Assembly: GCA_965248055.1 (NCBI GenBank)
Contig: CBDFIJ010000004.1
Location: 1,120,001-1,184,000 of the forward strand
Direction of reading: 5' to 3'
Source: Candidatus Multivoradales bacterium
Lineage (GTDB): Bacteria > Acidobacteriota > Thermoanaerobaculia > Multivoradales > JAHEKO01
DNA: 64,000 nucleotides
Position 1 is the first letter of the stretch; each line of letters starts with the position of its first letter. Shown in pieces: positions 58,121 through 64,000 of the stretch. The notes under the pieces were generated by a model. The model worked only from the letters and a program-made list of their open reading frames with translations. It was not told where the DNA came from and ran no database searches. Both the position numbers and the translations under genes were made by a program.

Positions 58121-58152
58121 TATCCTGGTATCAAGTACCCGTTGCCAGTACC

Positions 58153-58500
58153 ATGAGACACCTCACCCTCGACGCCGTTTTCGGCAATACCTCTGCTACC
58201 AGGGTTCTGTTATTTCTTCAGAACTACGATGAGGCTTATGCCACCCGCATTGCCCGAACCTACGAAGACATGGCCGTCAGTCGGGCGAAGGAACAACTGG
58301 ATAAGTTCGAGACCGCAGGTTTGCTGGTCAGCCGAATGATTGGTCGTTCCCGCGTCTACTACTGGAACCAGAGGAACCCCACGGTCGCACCGCTTCGAGA
58401 CTTCCTGCAAGCGACCCTAGACTCCTTACCCGTGGAAACCCAACAGCTTTATTACCGCCAGCGTCAGAGGCCACGACGAGGAGGCAAGCCTCTGCGGTGA
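58153..58500 (+). CDS. Winged-HTH protein, putative antitoxin/autorepressor
   Basis: LDAVFGN...VLLFL...QLDKFETAGLLVSRMIGRSRVY; GTGA overlap with the partner gene. Confidence 0.8.
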   Translation: MRHLTLDAVFGNTSATRVLLFLQNYDEAYATRIARTYEDMAVSRAKEQLDKFETAGLLVSRMIGRSRVYYWNQRNPTVAPLRDFLQATLDSLPVETQQLYYRQRQRPRRGGKPLR

Positions 58501-59066
58501 GTCCACCTCTTTCCATGATCACCGCTAAGACTTCACTGCTAGAAGTTGCCGCGTTTGTTTCTCAGGCGCTCATAGACGCAGGGATCAAAGCGGTCCTATC
58601 AGGGGGTGGGGCAGTCTCAACGTACACCCACAATCGATACGAGTCTGCGGATCTCGACTTCGTGTGCTCCGCCGAAACAAAACGCATCGAGAAAGCGATC
58701 GCCCATCTTGGCTTCAAGAGAGGCGACAAGTGGCATACGCGATATTTTGAACACCCGGAAGCTCGATGGTTGCTGGAGTTCCCACCGGGACCTGTCAGTT
58801 TTGGGGGAACCCGGGTGGACTCCGATCAGGACTTCGAACGTATTGACACCCAGCGAGGCACCCTCATCATCATCACTCCAACCCAGTGCGTCATGGATCG
58901 GCTCGCCGCGTACATTCATTGGAGCGATCAACAGTCCTTTGACCAAGCCATCCTAGTGGCTCGAAATCATCCAGTCGAATGGCATCTGCTTGAGAAATGG
59001 GCCGTTGAGGAGGGTATTACACCTAAGCGATTCGAGTACTTCCGCGCCCAAGTCCACCGACAGTAG
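58497..59066 (+). CDS. Nucleotidyltransferase-fold protein, putative type IV TA toxin
   Basis: LSGGGAV...SADLDF (GG...DxD), DRLAAY. Confidence 0.75.
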   Translation: MSPPLSMITAKTSLLEVAAFVSQALIDAGIKAVLSGGGAVSTYTHNRYESADLDFVCSAETKRIEKAIAHLGFKRGDKWHTRYFEHPEARWLLEFPPGPVSFGGTRVDSDQDFERIDTQRGTLIIITPTQCVMDRLAAYIHWSDQQSFDQAILVARNHPVEWHLLEKWAVEEGITPKRFEYFRAQVHRQ

Positions 59067-59158
59067 AAAGCAAGATCGCTCCAAAATATCCATAGCATGT
59101 GTGATGGCACGCCATCAATTCCTTCACTCTCAACCAGTCCGGTTTCGAAGAAGAGGAC

Positions 59159-61810
59159 CTACCCCTTCGCGTCGTACCAAGTCTTGCCACTGCCCAAGTC
59201 CACCACTAACGGAACTTTCAACTCCTCCACTCCGCTCATCTCCTCGACCACCAATTGAGAGACTTCTTCGACCTGGCCCTCGGGGCACTCGACCACCAGT
59301 TCGTCATGCACCGTCAGCAACAGACTGGCGTCGGGGAACTGGTCTCGCAGCTTATGGTCGACGGCGATCATCGCCAGTTTGAGGATGTCGGCGGCGGTGC
59401 CTTGAATGCGGGCGTTGATTGCCATGCGTCGAGCGTTTTCGCGCACCGCTCGGTTACGGTTGTTGAGCTCGGGTAGCCAGCGAGGACGACCGTGCAAGGT
59501 TTCGACTTTGCCCTCAGCTTCAGCGTCGGCAATGGTCGAGTCGATGTAGACCTGGACCTTGGGGTAGCGCGCCAAATAGGTATCGATGAACGATTGGGCG
59601 TCTTTGGGCGGGATCTTCAGGTTCTGGGCCAATCCCCAGGCACTCATGCCATAGAGGATGCCGAAGTTGATCACCTTGGCAGCGCGCCGTTGTTCTGCGG
59701 TGATGAACTCTCGCGCCAGTCCCAGCACCTTGGAGGCGGTCGACAGGTGGATGTCCTCTCCAGCGGCGAAGGCGGCCAGCATTTCCTCTTCCTCGGCGAT
59801 GTGTGCCAATAAACGCAATTCGATCTGACTATAGTCAGCCACTACCAACTGATAGCCGTCGCGGGCGAGAAAGGCCTTGCGGATCTCTTGTCCGCGTTTG
59901 GTGCGAATCGGAATATTCTGCAAGTTGGGGTTGGAGGAGGACAAGCGGCCGGTCGCCGCGCCCACTTGATTGTAGCGGGTATGCAAGCGGCCGTCGTCAC
60001 CCACGATCAACGGCAAGGCGTCGATATAGGTCGATAGCAATTTGGACAGCTCACGGTGTTCCAAAATCAAGGTCGGGAGCGGTAGCCCTTGATCGGCCAA
60101 CGCCTGCAGAGTTGCCGCCGAGGTCGAATAACTCTTGGTCTTCTTGGTCTTTTTCAACACTGGGTAGCCGAGCTTCTCGAACAAAATCACGCCCATCTGC
60201 TTAGGCGACTGGAGGTTGAACTCCTCTCCGGCTAGGTCAAAAATCTTGCTCTGCAACTGTTCCAACTCAGCGGTCACCCCCACCGACAGCTCAGCGAGAA
60301 AATCGCTATCCAACTCGATGCCGGTCTGTTCCATCGCCAGCAACACCGGAATCAAGGGTTCTTCAATTTCTCGATAGATCTTCGCGATCTCTGGGTCTTG
60401 CTCGGGCTTGAGCAATTCCGCCAACCGGCTGACCAGGCTCGCCCGCTCTCCAGCCCACATCGCCAACTCGGTCGCACCCAGCATTGGCACCTGCCCTTTC
60501 TCCCAACCGACCTCCGTGGCGGTCAACATCGGGTGCTGAAAGCGCTCAAAAACCGTTTCGGCCAAAGCTAAGCCCCGGTTCCCTGGCGGAATCAGTTGGC
60601 TCAGAATCATGGTGTCTACCAAACGGCAGGCGGGGCTGGGCAACCCGAGGCGGGCCAGGTCTGACTTGAGGTCGTGCCCGGCAAGCACATGGGCAGAGTC
60701 CGCGACCCATTCAGAGAGACCATCGGTGATCATGTCGCCCAGTTCAGAGTTCCGCAGATCGACAAAGAAGCTCTCACCGGCGTCGTCGGCAGAACCCGCT
60801 CCCTCGGGAACAAAGACCACCCCCTCCACTCCGTCCTGTTCCCAGGAGTTGAGTACGCAGCTCTCGCCCAGCGAGGACAGCCGAGCTTTGAGTTCGTCCA
60901 GCTCGGTGACCTCGACCGATGGGTCGATCGACACCCCGGAACCAATCGTCACTCCCTCATTGCGAATCTCTTCCAGCAAGGAAAAGAACTCCAGCTCGCG
61001 CAGAACCTCTCCCAACGCCTCCGGATCTGGCGGGTCCACCGTGTAGTTTCTGAGGTTGAACTCAATCGGCAGGTCACGGTGGATGGTGACCAACTCCTTG
61101 GACATCTCAGCATCGTCGCGATGTTGCTCCAACCCTTCTCGGTAGGCCTTGCGCGGTACTTCAGCGGCTCGATCCAACAGCGACTCCAACGAGCCGAACT
61201 CACGAATCAAGCTGACCGCCCCTTTGGCACCGATGCCCTTGACCCCAGGCACGTTGTCCACCGCGTCGCCTTGCAACGCCAGCACATCGACCACCTGTTC
61301 GGGAGGTACTCCGAAGTCCTGCTCGACTAGTTCCGGCCGGTAGAGCTTGTCGCGACCGGTGTGCAACAGCGATACGTGAGGCCCGACCAACTGCATCAGA
61401 TCTTTGTCGGCGCTCACCAGCACCACGTCGACGCCTTCGGCTTCTGCCTTGGCGGCCAAGGTCCCCAGTACGTCATCCGCCTCGTACTTCTCCAGATCAA
61501 CCACCGGAATATTGAATGCCTCGATCACCCGGCGTACCCACGGAATCTGCACCTTGAGGTCGTCGGGAGTCGGTCGTCGATTCGCTTTGTATTCAGAAAA
61601 CGTGTCGTCTCGAACCGTTGGACCGGCGAGATCGAACGCAACCCCTATGTATTCTGGATTCTCATCCTTGAGCAGCTTGCGCAGGGTCTTGATAAAGCCG
61701 TAGGTGGCATTGGTCGGGAGGCCTGCGGAGTTGGTCAACGAGCGGATCGCGTAGAACGATCGGAAGATGTTCGAGTAACCGTCGATGAGAAAGAGTCTTG
61801 GTCGTGACAT
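59159..61810 (-). CDS. polA: DNA polymerase I
   Basis: LIDG, YKANR, EADDV, TGRLSSSNPNLQNIP, DYSQIELR, AKVINFGILYG, VHDEL. Confidence 0.99.
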   Translation of the reverse strand: MSRPRLFLIDGYSNIFRSFYAIRSLTNSAGLPTNATYGFIKTLRKLLKDENPEYIGVAFDLAGPTVRDDTFSEYKANRRPTPDDLKVQIPWVRRVIEAFNIPVVDLEKYEADDVLGTLAAKAEAEGVDVVLVSADKDLMQLVGPHVSLLHTGRDKLYRPELVEQDFGVPPEQVVDVLALQGDAVDNVPGVKGIGAKGAVSLIREFGSLESLLDRAAEVPRKAYREGLEQHRDDAEMSKELVTIHRDLPIEFNLRNYTVDPPDPEALGEVLRELEFFSLLEEIRNEGVTIGSGVSIDPSVEVTELDELKARLSSLGESCVLNSWEQDGVEGVVFVPEGAGSADDAGESFFVDLRNSELGDMITDGLSEWVADSAHVLAGHDLKSDLARLGLPSPACRLVDTMILSQLIPPGNRGLALAETVFERFQHPMLTATEVGWEKGQVPMLGATELAMWAGERASLVSRLAELLKPEQDPEIAKIYREIEEPLIPVLLAMEQTGIELDSDFLAELSVGVTAELEQLQSKIFDLAGEEFNLQSPKQMGVILFEKLGYPVLKKTKKTKSYSTSAATLQALADQGLPLPTLILEHRELSKLLSTYIDALPLIVGDDGRLHTRYNQVGAATGRLSSSNPNLQNIPIRTKRGQEIRKAFLARDGYQLVVADYSQIELRLLAHIAEEEEMLAAFAAGEDIHLSTASKVLGLAREFITAEQRRAAKVINFGILYGMSAWGLAQNLKIPPKDAQSFIDTYLARYPKVQVYIDSTIADAEAEGKVETLHGRPRWLPELNNRNRAVRENARRMAINARIQGTAADILKLAMIAVDHKLRDQFPDASLLLTVHDELVVECPEGQVEEVSQLVVEEMSGVEELKVPLVVDLGSGKTWYDAKG

Positions 61811-61903
61811 TTCAGAATTCATACCATGGATTGACACAACAACCAGGGCTAACTACTCCGGAGCACTACTTACGGTACGAGTCAGCGCTAAGATAACGGC
61901 TCC

Positions 61904-63810
61904 GTGTCAAAGCGAACCAGCCATATCTTAGTTGGATTGATCCTCATTCTGGCGGTATGCACCTGGGTCTGGTCGTCGCTGGCGGAACCAACTTCGCACC
62001 GTGAATGGGATGAAAGTCACTCCATGAAGAATGTGGCCAGAATCGTCGAGACCGGCAGTTGGGTTCCACATCATGCCTGGTACCCCGCGCTGTCACACAT
62101 TCCACTCGCGGCACTCCTCCGGGCCACTCAGTGGTTCCACCGTACGACGGGGTTGGAGTCCCTTCGCGTTCAACACGAAACCGCCGGTTGGATGTTGCCG
62201 ATCGCGTACTACCTTGGGCGCTGGTTGAGCGTACTGTATGCCTCACTCACGGCGTTACTCACCTACGCGGTCGCCAGAACCAGCTTTGCCAGGGGGACTG
62301 CGACTCTCGCAGTTTTTCTTCTCATCGCGGCACCGATGTTTTCCTGGTCAGCCGCGATATTCAAACCAGACCTCCTCGCTGTATTGTGGACACTTGTAGC
62401 GTTCCTGCTGGCTCTTGGTGCCGGAGAGAAACCAGTTGTTGGGCGCTACATTCTGGCTGGAGTGGCAATTGGGCTAGCTGCTTCGGCAAAACAGATCGGA
62501 GCCTTTGCTGCACTACCCCTAGTATTCGCGACAATCTGGGTTGGGCCAAGAATCAGAGCCTGGCTCGGCTTGGCCGCCGCCGCCGCCACCTCAGCCTTAG
62601 TCTTTTTGTCGTTCCATCCTAGCCTCCATCTGGTACGCCTGTACCTCAGCATGACCGAGCGCTACGACGGTTGGGCTATGCATCAACCCGAGGCACCAAT
62701 TCCTGCTGCCCTCTACATGCCGTTTCTCGCCGTCACAGACACATGGCACGGGCCGGTCATCGGGATCGCATCCATCCTTGGGATGGTTGGACTGACTTTC
62801 GCTCTGTTCAAGTCGCGAGGCCGAGAGAGTTCAGACCTACCAAAGTTTCTAATCTTGACCTTTGTCGTTTCGTTTCCGATCGGGTACACGATTGTTAGTA
62901 GCCACCCAAAAGACAATATCTTTCTCAGCACCTCCCTTTTACCGCCATCGCCGCGTCTTGGTTCATCAATCTGGTAACGAAATGGGTCGTTGCCAAAGTT
63001 CCCGGAGGCTTTGGAGGCCTCATTGGCTCAGCCTTGATTGCCACTATTGTTCTTACTGCTGGAGTCCCTTTCGTCAAGTATCTCTATCGAGCAGCCGTAC
63101 CGACCACTACGGAGAAGATCGCTTTGGACCTCATGTCTAGGTGGGGAGGATTTGGACCTCACCGTACAGTGATCTCAGAAGGTGCGAGTTTCCAATGGTC
63201 TCGTCGAATTCTCGCCACGGAAGCCAATCTTCCTTGGATCAAGAAGCGCGAAAAAATCCCTTCACCTCAGCCAACCCGACAGCAAGATTTGGCTGACTTC
63301 GAAGTGTTTCCGTTTGCCCGCTTGGGAATCGAAGACAGCCCTTACAGCGCTCGAACGCATCGCCTCAAACCTACTAGTGTACGCATCGTCCATCCAACAC
63401 TGTTCAAGGTTCGTGGGGATCCCTTGGTTGTTCTGCTGCATCCGTGGAAGCACAAGAGGACACTTGACCTGAACTGGACAATTGCTCAAGACAAACGGTC
63501 TATGCATGTGCGTCTTTCGACCGTGCTTAGAGCACGAAGAGTCATCTCTTTTCGGGTGGCGACAAGCGAAGACCTGTCCCGAACTTGCCGAATTACTCTT
63601 GGTCGAAGACAGCTGCCACTATTTCAGTACCGGCGCTCTGAGGGCGGGCAACGATTTCTCATGACAGAGAGGGCTATTGTGCCCGGTCGCCCCGCCACTA
63701 CGATTTTTTCCTGTAGCCAGCAACTGACGGATGATCAAACAAAGATTTCAGTTATCGAATGGCGCCTCCCCAAGAGACACGTAATTGATCTTGAGGGCGG
63801 GACAGGGTGA
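61904..63810 (+). pseudogene. GT39/ArnT-like membrane glycosyltransferase split by a single frameshift
   Basis: EWDE, GRWLS, FKPD, LAASAK; the frame changes near 62926 (KDNIFL | QHLPFTAIAASW...) and continues open into ORF 63034-63810. Could be a sequencing error. Confidence 0.75.
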
Positions 63811-64000
63811 AGCAAACCCTATCCGAGCAACCGTCATGATTCTGTGTCCTGGAGTAAGCCTGCTTGGAGTTGTGACAGCGCTTGCGCTTAAGATTGATCA
63901 GCTGCCCTCTTCCATTCGGATTGGGGTTCGCCTGTAAGATCAACCCTTAAACTTCGGCCAATCCGAAGAGGTACTTCAATGACTGGTTTATTCGTTTGGC

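Noticed and set aside
63807-64000. Gene downstream of the glycosyltransferase
   Set aside because: Only short open frames before the window ends; no call can be supported.

Overview
GC-rich bacterial chromosome segment. Tandem VWA proteins of the Acidobacterial type point to Acidobacteriota, possibly Thermoanaerobaculia (inference). Left to right: (1) 1-4992: an uncharacterised minus-strand operon with a 1079-aa protein and a phage tail-collar protein that the ORF track missed; (2) the gcvT-H-PA-PB glycine cleavage operon; (3) an intergenic cluster of DnaA boxes with an AT-rich/IHF-like tract that looks like a replication origin; (4) tRNA-Ala(CGC) followed by three 102-103 bp tandem repeats that regenerate its 3' end; (5) a ~15 kb accessory region (12.9-27.4 kb) with a 48-aa stand-alone DnaJ-type zinc finger, cassette-like genes, integron remnants, an IS200/RAYT-type HUH Y1 transposase whose end motifs are scattered at many fragment junctions, an IS110 (IS1111-like) element inserted inside one of those motifs, and IS5/IS256 scars; (6) housekeeping backbone: rmuC, pcm, mtaB, pmbA-like, a sigma54-linked Rsb partner-switching module, uvrA, smpB, NtrY-like kinase, selB, ogt, VWA pair, Cys/Met lyase, bcp, a putative type IV toxin-antitoxin pair and polA, plus several pseudogenes. 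The best candidate for a novel system is the Y1-motif patchwork together with its IS110 parasite. All family calls are from motif recognition by eye; no database searches were run.
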